From contig CM022672.1 in the NCBI GenBank assembly GCA_012295275.1, positions 19,406,001 to 19,470,000 on the forward strand: DNA of 64,000 bases, written 5' to 3'. A program made the translations under genes and the position numbers. The stretch comes from Chrysomallon squamiferum. Taxonomy: Eukaryota > Animalia > Mollusca. Shown here one piece after another: positions 1 through 11,034 of the stretch; position 1 is the first letter of the stretch, and the number at the start of each line of letters is the position of its first letter. The notes beneath the pieces are model-generated. The model saw only the letters and a program-made list of their open reading frames with translations, made no database searches and was not told where the DNA came from.

Positions 1-689
1 TATTATTATGTTTTGGACTATAGTCTTTGGTGTTTGTTTTGTGTAGAGGTAAGTTTTTGAAAAGTTTTGTTGTTGAAATTTTCATTCCTCTTATTATTTC
101 ATTAGCCAGTGGACCGCAACTAGTTCACTAGTTGTTTTGTCGCAAACGCTTTATATTTGATAGGTAATAGCAGCTAATTAGGCAATGTGCCGAGGTGTCT
201 TTAAACAGAAGTTTATATCGACGTGTAACTTGCAGAAATAGCATGTAGTTCACCACCCGCAGGCATACAAGTATACGTAAGAAATCTATTACAAATAAAC
301 GTGAAAATAACTAAATATTTCGAATGGGCCATTTAATTTCTTAAGCAATTTTGTAAGTGTATCCTGGGGGCATCTTGACGGTAAATAGTTGGACCCGTTA
401 TAGTCGTCACCGTTGGTGGCTTTGGAGCATTTGTGTTAATACCTGGATATAGTCTGTTGTGGTTTTCTTTACATGTACCTTCTTTTAATGGCCTACTATT
501 ATTATTGTTGATCAGTATTTAGCATTAAAATGATCAATCGGGGTTTCGCATGACCTTATTTTTGACATTATTTCTTGGATGAAAAAAACACAAAAAAACA
601 ACATATTTGTCCAGTTTTAAGTCATTATTCGAATCTCAGTCACTCTTTAATTAAAAAGATGTCGCACGAATACCTGCTTACAATTATTT

Positions 690-1724
690 TTGCGATACGT
701 ACCGCCATCAGGACCCGTAGAGCGATTTTTCAAGTTTTTACATAAGCAGGCGTACAGTGGCGAGCAGCTTGCTCAGAACCTGAGTGGCTGACGTGGACGG
801 TCACATGACAACGCTAGCAACATGTCTGGCAGGTACACATGTTCGAAAGCTAAATCCATTAGCTCTGTACGTGCCATGTGTTAGACACTCACTCAGTTAG
901 GTGGTTCAGTTCGCAGCCTCATGTTGCGTACAGGCAACCAAGTTCTTTGATTTCATACAGCGTTTATATGTATGTATCCTCTGCATCGACGCACCGTTGG
1001 TCCTTACTAACTGATGCATTGTCTGAGAACCGACTACCGTGTGTGAAACGCACGTGTGACACTCGATGGTCGGCCAGAGCTCACGCACTGAAAGCACTAT
1101 ACGTTGGCTATAGTCAATTAACCAACGTCATCGACAGAACCGCTTCAGATGAAAATCAGAAACGTCGACAAGAAGCACGTGAGCTTTCAGCAACGATGTA
1201 CCGAATGGAAACCGGCATACTAAATGTACTCTCGCATCAGGTGTTGAAGAAATTCCACATGTGCAGCACTAGTCTGCTGTTAGTAGACCAAAACATAAAC
1301 ACTGCATGCGCCAGCCTGGCCAACACACTTCTGCAGTTCATGGCACTTCTCAACACGGAGTTTGGCAAGCGGGCTACGACAACTGATCAGAGTGCTTCTC
1401 AGTCAAATGCTGCAGCTGATGATCAGGACAACACGGCGATGACAGGCGGCGAGACATTGGAGCTGCTCGTGTACCGTCTCATCGGAGATCACAACATGCA
1501 GTCATGCTTTCCTAATACTGAAATAACGCTACGCGTGTATTTGTGCATGATGGTTACAAACTGCTCAGGGGAGCGTTTGTTTTCGATATATAACTTAATT
1601 TGAGCCTGAATCACACTTGTCTGCTGGCCTTAACTCTGACGCACGTTTACTGTTGTAACTAGCCAGTAGTAGGGGACTATGCTACGTTTTGCTGCGGGCC
1701 CCGCAGTTGTTTAATCCGGCTCTG
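690..1724 (+). mobile_element. Decayed hAT-superfamily DNA transposon (ZMYM1-like transposase remnant) with right terminal inverted repeat
   Basis: Broken frames carry hAT motifs: GPVERF (~710), DNASNMSGRY (~808-837), CDTRWSAR, and the C-terminal dimerisation motif FPNTEITLRVYLCMMVTNCSGERLFS in ORF 878-1603. The element ends in ttaatccggctctg (1711-1724; reverse complement CAGAGCCGGATTAA, hAT-type end), preceded by the palindrome ctgcggg-c-cccgcag. Large internal deletions; left TIR not seen. Confidence 0.8.
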
Positions 1725-2885
1725 CCCAAGCCTAGATGACTGTTAAATTCAGAACTTAATTTACACCATCATTAATCCTTTTTTTTTTTTTTTTTTTTAA
1801 AATGTATTTTTTGCTAAAACATGAAATAAAAAGTTGAAGGTGAGCAATAGTGGAGAGGTTTTACGGTAAACCAAATGTTGCTCACTTGTTTTTTAAAAAG
1901 AGTTTTCTGCTCTGGACGCCAGATTTGCACCAAGTGATTCATCTGGACAAAGCTGGTCTTCGCTTCGGCTCACTTGTCACGAAGCCTTTGCATAAGAAAC
2001 TCGAGTCACGTCAGAAACAGATCTGCATCGGTTTTCATCATTTATTAGGATCATCAGAGCTTTTCAAACCATGTATTTGCATTAATACTGATAGTGATAC
2101 CACTAACAGAAATTTTGTTTTCAGAAAGAACAGGAATTTAAAAAAAAAACAGCTGTAAGCAGGCAAGTATAATTATGTGTAATGACACCAAATGTAGGCC
2201 AGTGTATGCCGTTATGTCACACATGTTGGCGATCAACTTTTTCCCAATCGGTGGTTTGACCGTGGACAACCTCAACCACAGGCACATTCACCCGATTTAA
2301 GACCTCTAGACCTTTTTTTTTTGGGGTTTTGTTAAAAGCTATATGATCTTATCATTAGTCTTAAAGGGGGGAAAAAAAAATAATAATAATAATAAAAAAA
2401 TTATTCAATCCTCAAATGCCTGAGAGCATATTTCGTGAAACGGTTGATCGCTTCGAGATCTCTAGAGATAATGAATCTAATAATTAAATATGGGGCCATT
2501 TGAATTTATAAATTTATTTAAACACACAAGATTTCGTTTTGGTTTACAATCTCTTGTTATTTCTCAAGATTAATAGTGCATTACTTTTGGGACACCTTGA
2601 AACATATAACAGAATATTCACCCCAACAAGAAGCAGAATATAAATTATATTGACTCCGGTTACCGTACAAAAAAACGACCCAGTTTTGTTATTGATTTGT
2701 GTTACCTTTGTAGTCAGCATTCTAAAGGTATCTATAAATAAACTGATCTGACAAGAACATAACGATCTTTTTATTTTATTAAAGGTGGAATACGTTTCAG
2801 GTAAAAACTAATTGTTCGAGGGCTCTGTAATTCTTCTGAATAAAGCCAGGAGGCATCGAGGATTATTTATTTATTTATTTTTTAT

Positions 2886-2934
<49 letters not shown>

Positions 2935-3183
2935 TTTTTTTTTTTTTTTTAAACAACAGTAAAATTGCAGTTTGTTATAAAGTGATTTATATTTTATTCA
3001 CAAGTGATTATTATTGTTGTTGTTGTTAAATAAAACATTAACTTCTTTCCTTTACTCCGGACACTGGGATGATAAACAATAAATACGAACTCTGATCTAG
3101 CATATTGTTATGCTATTGATTATCATTATCATGTGACTTACATACAGATGCTAGCAAACATAAACACAACTTGGTTTCTGAAG

Positions 3184-4060
3184 GTGAGTTGTTCCGCTGT
3201 TTGCCAAAATCACCCAGTTATTCCTACGAAACCATTTATATTATTTTCCTTTCGTTATCTTCTCATTTGATTAGGTCTACAGTATGGCATATTTTAGCGG
3301 ATTTTGGTCTTTCTTCTTCTGTTTTTTTTTTTTTTTTTTTTTAATTGTTATTTATTACTAATACTGTTTCCTTAAACCTTTGGGTAGTGTGGATTACTTA
3401 AAAATGAATAAAATATAAGTATAGTTTTATTTGAATAAATATCAACATACGGTGAAATGTTATACCATTAAACATGACCTACATTATCCAACCAATGTCT
3501 GCTGTGAGGTCACGATGTACCGAGTCAGGTAACTGTTCGACATATTGTACCAGTCGAATTTTCGTTTTCCTTTACAAAATCCGATAAAAGACAATATTAA
3601 AAGGACTTCTAGGCTTGACCACTGATAAAATTAGTATTTGCTAAGGCTAATATGTATTAATTTAAAATTTGATTTGATAAAATGTTAAGACTTACTCAAG
3701 TGAAATGAAACCACGTAACGACGTGGACTTGAGTAATGATCGAATACAGACTTAGCAGGAGACAGTTGGCAAGTAAGTAAATTAATGTTAGTAATTCGAA
3801 AAAGAATAAACAGTTATTTTACTCACTTTGGTTATTATTTATTATGATGTTAACATTTAATATTTGATATCATTATTACTTAACATATCGACTATCAAAG
3901 ATAACCATCACGCAAATTCCTCAGGGCAAACATTCCGAAGTACGGAAACGTATATAGGTCATATTTGATAAAAACTGTAACGTCATCGATATTGTTGATT
4001 ATAATGTTGTCTTGTTTCTCAGCATCATCATTGCTGTCATCATCATCACCATCATCATCA

Positions 4061-4108
<48 letters not shown>

Positions 4109-4259
4109 CTGAATTAGATTTCAAAACCATGGCCACTGATATATAAACTGAAATTTTAGTGTAATGAATGCAGTATTATATTGTAATCGAACACATTAAT
4201 CATGTATACATTAATCATGTTTTTTTTTTCTTCATATTTTAATTTATTTTTAATTGTAG
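3184..4259 (+). other. Probable 5'-UTR intron of TRIM-A
   Basis: Strong donor gaag|GTGAGT at 3184 (alternative donor aa|GTAAGT near 3773). Pyrimidine-rich acceptor tttttaattgTAG at 4259, 70 nt upstream of the ATG. Confidence 0.5.
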
Positions 4260-4329
4260 ATCAAATGAATCTCCCAACAACAAAAGTATAGCTTAAACAT
4301 ATCGCTATCGTGAAAACTATGTTTCGAGA

Positions 4330-5502
4330 ATGGAAAACCTCATGTCATTTGTCGATGTGGCCAAATGTACCCTCTGTTCCGTGCTGCACAACAATCATAT
4401 GGTCTGTTCGTGTGGTCACACCTTCTGCAAATCCTGCACTGACAGTCTTGCTGACGACACATTAAATAAAACTGATAACTTGACTTGTCCCAAGTGTAAA
4501 ACGTCAATGCACGTAATATCCTTCATTAGTGGGTCTGAAAATGAAACGTCCACTAACTACTGTTCGGTGTGCAGTCTCAAAGGAGAAACAACCCCATGTT
4601 CGTATAGGTGCGCAGACTGTTTGGACTTGCTATGCAGTGACTGCGCCAAAGGTCATTCGGCATCCAGTTCAACGGTTTCGCATAAGGTTGTCTCCCTTGG
4701 GTCTGCGCTGGAAGAACCAAGCACCACGGATTCTCCCGTATCTCGTAAAATATACTGTGTTAAGCATATAGGAGAAGAAATATCATTTTACTGCAAAACA
4801 TGCAAAGAATTGCTGTGCATGCGATGCGCTCTATTTGAACACGTAAAACACGAACGAACTAATTTGCAGGAGGAAAAAGAGAAGGCAAAAGAAAGAATTC
4901 ATTCCATCATAAAAGAAAGAACTATCAGTCTGGCTAATCTGGAGTCGGAGAGAGAAAGGACTTTAGAAAAGATAAATTACATAGAGAAGCTACGAGCAGA
5001 CGCGATTCAAAAGCTGACTGTAGACAGTGACGACATTATTAATAAGATTTTAACAGCGAGATCACTTGCTACACAGCAGATCAACGCTATATTTACGGAA
5101 CACCAGAAGCAGGTTACAGCAGCGTCTGAAATGATCCATTCATGCGAAAAACTTGCTCGGGACACGCTAATCACTTGTACTAACGCCCTTTCCGGTAGTG
5201 ATATAGAGTTGATAATGTTATACGGGAACTTAGAAGAAGAACTTACAGGAGTACACGAAGCGGAAGAGTCTCTGCTCACAATGGGTTCGTTACAAAAACC
5301 GCCTATAATACAGATAGAAATGGTTAAACTGGAAGGACCTTTTTTTACCTTGCGTATTTCAGATCCCAGCTTTAGCGGTACACACAGCGGTGCATCCACT
5401 GATCTGTCGCTTGTCAATCACCTTGCAGAGAATGACATCAGAAACAGTTGTCCTGGTCCGGATAATGTTGAAACGTCGAAGATACAGGTTCATTTGCCTT
5501 AA
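4330..5502 (+). CDS. TRIM-A E3 ubiquitin ligase, N-terminal part (C3HC4 RING, B-box1, B-box2, coiled coil); TRIM56/45/2/3-like
   Basis: RING CTLC..CGHTFCKSC..CPKC; B-box1 CSVC..CADCLDLLCSDCAKGH..H; B-box2 CVKH..FYCKTCKELLCMRCALFEHVKH; then a long helical E/K/R-rich segment. Confidence 0.92.
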   Translation: MENLMSFVDVAKCTLCSVLHNNHMVCSCGHTFCKSCTDSLADDTLNKTDNLTCPKCKTSMHVISFISGSENETSTNYCSVCSLKGETTPCSYRCADCLDLLCSDCAKGHSASSSTVSHKVVSLGSALEEPSTTDSPVSRKIYCVKHIGEEISFYCKTCKELLCMRCALFEHVKHERTNLQEEKEKAKERIHSIIKERTISLANLESERERTLEKINYIEKLRADAIQKLTVDSDDIINKILTARSLATQQINAIFTEHQKQVTAASEMIHSCEKLARDTLITCTNALSGSDIELIMLYGNLEEELTGVHEAEESLLTMGSLQKPPIIQIEMVKLEGPFFTLRISDPSFSGTHSGASTDLSLVNHLAENDIRNSCPGPDNVETSKIQVHLP

Positions 5503-6905
5503 TACAAGGAGAGAAAGAATCAACTATACATGCTGAAACCCTGATAGGTGATTCAAAAGATGCATTAGAACTGAAAAATGACAATGATCGGAATAAAAAT
5601 GAAAACAAAGCAGAGCTCTCAAATATTGCAAAGAATGAATCGGAACCTTTTTTTCTAAAAGAAACAGATGAGGAAAAAGTAAATGAAACACCCTGTAAAA
5701 AGAAAATTTACGTACCCAAAGGGTTTTATAAACTTAATAAACCAACAAAAATAACGCAGAATCATAACGAGAATGATGATAATGTGAAATCAGACGTTGG
5801 TACAGCGGCAAGATTAAACAACATTCCAAAGAGTCTCTCCTACGAAGACACAAACACACCGACAACAGAAGATTCGCCTGAACATACTGGAGAACCAACA
5901 GCGTTGGTGTGCATACCTGCAGACAGTAACACAGATGACTGGTCAGTGGCCCTCTCTGCAAGAGCATCTCCATCTTACAGTGATGCGGTTAAAAAAAGTA
6001 AAATAAATGGCTTTCGTCCAAAGACCGTATCACCTTCTCATTACGAGTTATTTGAAGCTAGTGAGGAGGACAAAGCTAACGGAGCAGAGAAAGTATGGAT
6101 ATCGCACCACCTGTCGTTTGACACGACTGTCAAAAGAGACGAATTCCAAGTGATAATTAAAGGTCTGTGCTTTTTCGAAGATGATCGGATTCTCGTTACA
6201 GATTTGGGTAACGGCAAGTTGAAAAATCTCCTCAAGGACGGAAAACAACCACACAATCGGCAACTTAAACCGGGAATCGAGCCTGAAAGAATAGCGGCCA
6301 TTAACAGAGATATTGCACTGATCAGTGAAAACGTCCTGTACATCATTACGAAGGACGCTGATATCCTTCATAAACTGCTGCTAAGTGACGAACCTCCAGA
6401 GAAAGATTCTCCATTTTCCTTTTCTCTCACAACTTTAAATAACGAGTTTCTCGTGGGCAACCTACCCGGAAATAAACTGAAAACATATCATCCAAAAACA
6501 GGGAAGAAGACCTCAGAAATGGAATGCAAGGTGAAAACGCCTATAGCGGCAGTGACCAGCACTGACACGGGACGGCTGTTGATGTGTTCGTGGCATGGTC
6601 GCGGTTCTGTTCACCTCGTTGATGTGGACGGTAAGGAATATCGGAAATTCGTTCACACTATGAAGTCAAAAGAACGATGGAAGCCGAACGATGCTTGCAC
6701 CGATTCGTACGGTTACGTTTATGCAACCGACTATTCACGAAATGAGATCGACATCTTCAATCCTGACGGAGCGGAGGTCGTTGTCTACAGCACTACGAGA
6801 GAGCGACTACAGGGACCTCACTGTTTAATACTAGACAAAGATTACAAACTTTACGTGTCTGGGGAAGGCGGTAACATTGTGGTGTACAGCATCGTCTTTG
6901 GTTGA
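5472..6905 (+). CDS. TRIM-A C-terminal part (acidic/disordered linker + NHL-like beta-propeller), in the -1 frame relative to 4330-5502
   Basis: Manual translation shows the frame of ORF 5784-6905 is open back to 5472 (previous stop TGA at 5469). NHL-type blades: GLCFFEDDRILVTDLGNGKL, KPNDACTDSYGYVYATDYSRNEIDIFNPDG, GPHCLILDKDYKLYVSGEGGNIVVY. Confidence 0.85.
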   Translation, partial: NVEDTGSFALIQGEKESTIHAETLIGDSKDALELKNDNDRNKNENKAELSNIAKNESEPFFLKETDEEKVNETPCKKKIYVPKGFYKLNKPTKITQNHNENDDNVKSDVGTAARLNNIPKSLSYEDTNTPTTEDSPEHTGEPTALVCIPADSNTDDWSVALSARASPSYSDAVKKSKINGFRPKTVSPSHYELFEASEEDKANGAEKVWISHHLSFDTTVKRDEFQVIIKGLCFFEDDRILVTDLGNGKLKNLLKDGKQPHNRQLKPGIEPERIAAINRDIALISENVLYIITKDADILHKLLLSDEPPEKDSPFSFSLTTLNNEFLVGNLPGNKLKTYHPKTGKKTSEMECKVKTPIAAVTSTDTGRLLMCSWHGRGSVHLVDVDGKEYRKFVHTMKSKERWKPNDACTDSYGYVYATDYSRNEIDIFNPDGAEVVVYSTTRERLQGPHCLILDKDYKLYVSGEGGNIVVYSIVFG

Positions 6906-7221
6906 CTGGCCCGTCTGTCATCACTGAAATATATATTTTATTACAAAGAAGGTCTTCTACTAATTTATTTTTGTTTTGTTTAATTCGTTTACTTACTCTT
7001 GAGAAACTAAACTGACCTTTATTTACTAGTAAATGTTACCCTAGGAGATGTCAGAAATAAAAAGATAAATAATTATTGTTATTTTATTATTATTATTATT
7101 ATTATTTTCTGTAATAAAGTATAATTGAATTTAAATAATAATTTTTATCGTTTTTTTAATTTATTTATTTAAAGAATTGCATTCTATAACATTCCAAAAG
7201 ATTTGCTAATAAAGGAACAAT

Positions 7222-7820
7222 TACCGTATATACTTGTATATAAGTCGAATTTTTGGGAGACTATATTAAGGTAATATTTTGGGGGTCGACTTATACATAG
7301 GTAATGCTTTTGTAGCTGTTGCTGAAGAGTCGCCATTTTGACTATTTTTTGCTACGGGATGCATCTAAAATAATCGCGGTCTTTCAGCTTTTCAAAAATA
7401 TAATTTTATCGTATAAAAAATTTTGAAAAATTAAATAACAAAACCAAATATGAATGTAAAACATGATATTCTTCCGTTTAATGACATAAAAAAACATTTT
7501 AAAGCGAAAACACCGTCAGTACGGCGTTATGCCTTACGGCATCTTGCAATGATCTAGGAATGCAGACTTCTCTGCCAAATTGCACTAAATATCGGTCCTA
7601 ATTTCTTAAACAAAACTCACTTGTGTAATTGTAAAGAATTTGGTGAAATAATATTGCAATCGTCATTAATATCCACTACCGACAAATCGAAAACAAAGTG
7701 ACGGTGCCTGGAATCTATAGTCGACTTATACACAAGTAATACCTAAAATGACGCAATTTTTGGTCTTAAAATACACATCGACTTATACATAAGGTCGCCT
7801 TGTACACAAGTATATATTAT
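7222..7820. mobile_element. Non-autonomous Tc1/mariner (pogo/Tc2-type) MITE
   Basis: Left end TA|CCGTATATACTTGTATATAAGTCGA. Right end tcgccttgtacacaagtatata is a degenerate reverse complement. Subterminal repeats tcgacttatac at ~7287, ~7721 and ~7778. Confidence 0.7.
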
Positions 7821-7878
7821 TTTCGTATTGCTTGTGGTATATATAATGATATATTGTTATCCAAACTATAACTGTTAG

Positions 7879-7942
7879 TGCGTCAGCCGGGAGTCGAACC
7901 CGGACCGCCTGCTTGGAAGGCAATCATGCTAACCACTGACGC
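7879..7942 (-). pseudogene. tRNA-Gly(TCC) copy lacking 8 nt of the D-arm (64 nt)
   Basis: Minus strand reads GCGTCAG TGGTTAGCATG ATTGC CTTCCAA GCAGG CGGT CCGGG TTCGACT CCCGG CTGACGC A. The acceptor stem and T-arm are intact, the A-box/D-arm is partly deleted, and there is no nearby T4 terminator. Confidence 0.85.
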
Positions 7943-8979
7943 TGTGTATAATTTACATTAAACCAATTCATATGCTGTTGAGATCTACAGAAACGTATAA
8001 GTAATAAACCTATGAAGTATAATATACCTGCAATATATTTTGCGGCTAATTATTATTATATTAAATTTAAAATGAGTTAATGTTGTTTTTTTGTGTTTTT
8101 TTTTTTTTTTTTTTTTTTGATTTCTTCAGTGAATTTTATAATTCTGGAAATTAATTTAATGAATTCCATGCAATGAAATTTCTTAAAGGATAATTATTGC
8201 TATAATTGAATACTTTCGTGTCTTTCGCCCTTTTGTCTCTCTGTAGTTGTTACAAAAATAATAATGTGCTCCTGTGCCTTTGTGTATGAAATAGGATTTT
8301 CATTACAATACTGTTATCAACATGGATGACTTATGGATATTTAATGATGCGTTTATGTTTATATATATATTTAAATTAAAGAAGCGTTGTGATTTACCTC
8401 TCGAAATTCACAGAAAAGAGCAGCTAATAGCAACAGCAGCTACAATATTAACAACAACAACAATAGTAATTGCAATAATTAGTAAATTATAATAAATAAA
8501 TATACAGATAAATAAGTAATTTCACAATTAAGTCAAAGGAAACAGTTATTACTTTAGTTTCTTCTTTTTTTCTTTTGTTTTTAAATGGCCTGTATTAACT
8601 ACCTGACGGCCGTGTACTAAGTTAGTAAGTAGAAGTAAAATAAAACAAAACAAATTCCTTCCAAACAAGATTCACGTTATGTATTCATCAGCCTTTTTTT
8701 CAGCTTTTGAAGACTGAAGCAGGAAGAACCTCGAGCCCCAAAGTTTTCAGATCAACTTTGGGGAAAGCTGTCGTCATTGCTGCAACTGAAGTATTCGACG
8801 GGGTCTGGATGCTTTCTTCACCGTGCCCAAGCTCTGCTGAGGAAGATTCAACATATTCGTCTGACTCCTCCGAAATACGAGCGGTGTTCCAGAGACTTGA
8901 AACAAGAGCCAAGATCCTCGCATTCGAGCCAGTGGACCAGACTGATGATATGTAGCTGGATTCCTTGACGTTTATTGCG

Positions 8980-9137
8980 TATTTACCACTTGATCTAAAA
9001 ACGCTCTTATGATCCTCTATGAGGTTAGAAATGCTATCTCAATAACCACATAGTTTAATAACCTGTTATATAATTCCCATTTGGTCTAATCACATTTTGA
9101 TCACTAATGGAGATTTTTAGATCAAGTGGGAAGATAT
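8980..9137. repeat. Long imperfect inverted repeat / fold-back (~155 nt)
   Basis: ccacttgatctaaaaa (8986-9001) is the perfect reverse complement of tttttagatcaagtgg (9114-9129). Imperfect pairing continues inward for about 50 nt and outward for a few nt. Confidence 0.8.
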
Positions 9138-10962
9138 TCTCGAAGTTCATTCAATCCTGATTGATACAAGTTCACACAATCCCGTGTGTTAAAAGTAATC
9201 TACAAACAAACAAAATCAGTTAACTTCAGTTTGGCATTTCCTTCTTAAGATCAACGGTTGTATTCTAGCAGGGGTTCCGACCCCAGACTAATAGGTGTGA
9301 TTCCACGTTTATCTATTACTGACACTTTAACACCTAGCACGCTAAATCTAATACCATGCATCTGCCTATAATAATTTCTGCTGCATATATTAACTTGTTT
9401 AAAGGTATCTATAAACATCATTTATACATATATAAGACAGGAATAATAACTGAACCATACGCCTTTTAAATGTAGGTTGCACCTGAACTTTCTGTAAAAC
9501 GTTTTCATACTTTGGCTATCTTAAAGACATAAAAATAATATCACTGAGACATTTATACTTATAGAAAAGAATAACAGTTTATAATACAATTAGCAGTACA
9601 ATAAATTAACAGTTACAGAAAAATATGTATAATAAGCAATATTGCAAGTAATGATGTCAGTAACAATTACCCCATACGACCTGTGTCGCCATCTGAACAG
9701 AAATAATGAATATGTATCAGGTCTGTTTACCCAGAAAATAGTCTGCGTATCAGTCGTGTTTATTTTAAAATATTTTCCGATGTGCAGGTTAATACACATC
9801 ACGTTAATTATTATGAGTTGTAACTACTGTTACTTGAAGTTACGCCAAAATATTTTTAATATATATATAATTTATAATTTATAACATCTTAATTATTCTT
9901 TTCATTAGGCATATTAAAATGAATGCTCTAAACCTAAATTAATTACTGATTTCATTTGAACTGTAGCACAGTAATACGATAATAAATGAAAGCACTATTA
10001 ACCAGATATAAAAATGGCTTACCTTCACCAACAGTTAATTAAGCTCATGTCATGTCAAGGTCCAGAGTGCAATGCCTTGTTTCATGAATTCACCGTAAAC
10101 ACTAGGCAGCAGTCGCCTAATTATATGGTCATGTCACATACAGTCCTAATGCTAACAAAACTCTCAACAGGAGGCAGTAATCTTAACTTATCTTGCTAGC
10201 ACTTATTCACATGGTATTCCTTTATTAACTAATTACTTTAAGAACATTAAATACTTACCTTCGTAGAACAGGAAAAAAATGGTTATAATTTGTCTAGTCT
10301 ACAGTACGTTTGATTTATTTGTCATAAATTGAATATTAAGGAATATATAATAAGCATGAACAATCAACTTTCCGTGTTATTTCAAAGGTTGATTTATTTT
10401 TTATTTTTTTATTTTATTACTAATATATATTTTTTTTTTTTTATGTTATTTTATTTTTAAAATTTATTTATTTATTTATTTTATTATTATTATTATTATT
10501 ATTGACAAATATGCTAAGATTTTAACATGTTAAATCACAATTTCCACTATTCAAATGAAATTTGCTGTTATCAGAGAATTCTTGTTGACACACTTCAAAT
10601 TGTATACGTTTAAAGAAAATGTATTCATTGAGTCAGAATAAAAACCTAACAATTTAACATTTAACATTTTTCTAAAAGATTTACATGTAAATTGTTATAT
10701 AAAAGAAGGCCAGTTTTAAAAAAAAATATAAAAAGAAATAAACGTAAGCCTCTCCCTAAAAAATAAATAAAAATATACCGAACTGTGTATATGGTCTACA
10801 ACCAGTGATGCAAAGAAGTCATCTAACAAAGAAATACAAGAATAAAATAAAAATATAAAATTAATCTTTTTAGTCTGACGAGTAATAATCTCAAAACTTT
10901 GGGTTTTTTTACTAACACAAAGAACTCTAACTAATTCCTCTATTGATTTTGTTAATTGTATG

Positions 10963-11034
10963 GCGTCGGTGGTGTAACGGTTAGCATGGTTGCCTTCCAA
11001 GCAGTCGATCCGGGTTCGACTCCCGGCCGACGCA
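10963..11034 (+). tRNA. tRNA-Gly (anticodon TCC)
   Basis: GCGTCGGTGGTGTAACGGTTAGCATGGTTGCCTTCCAAGCAGTCGATCCGGGTTCGACTCCCGGCCGACGCA: 72 nt, full cloverleaf, A and B boxes, followed by a poly-T Pol III terminator from 11042. Confidence 0.97.

Noticed and set aside
5488-5547. Small intron (GTTCAT...ATAG) that would fix the TRIM-A frameshift
   Set aside because: The donor is weak, there is no pyrimidine tract, and the junction returns to the wrong frame.
8942-8990. CTGATGA as a hammerhead ribozyme core
   Set aside because: No stem II followed by GAAA and no closing helices could be built.
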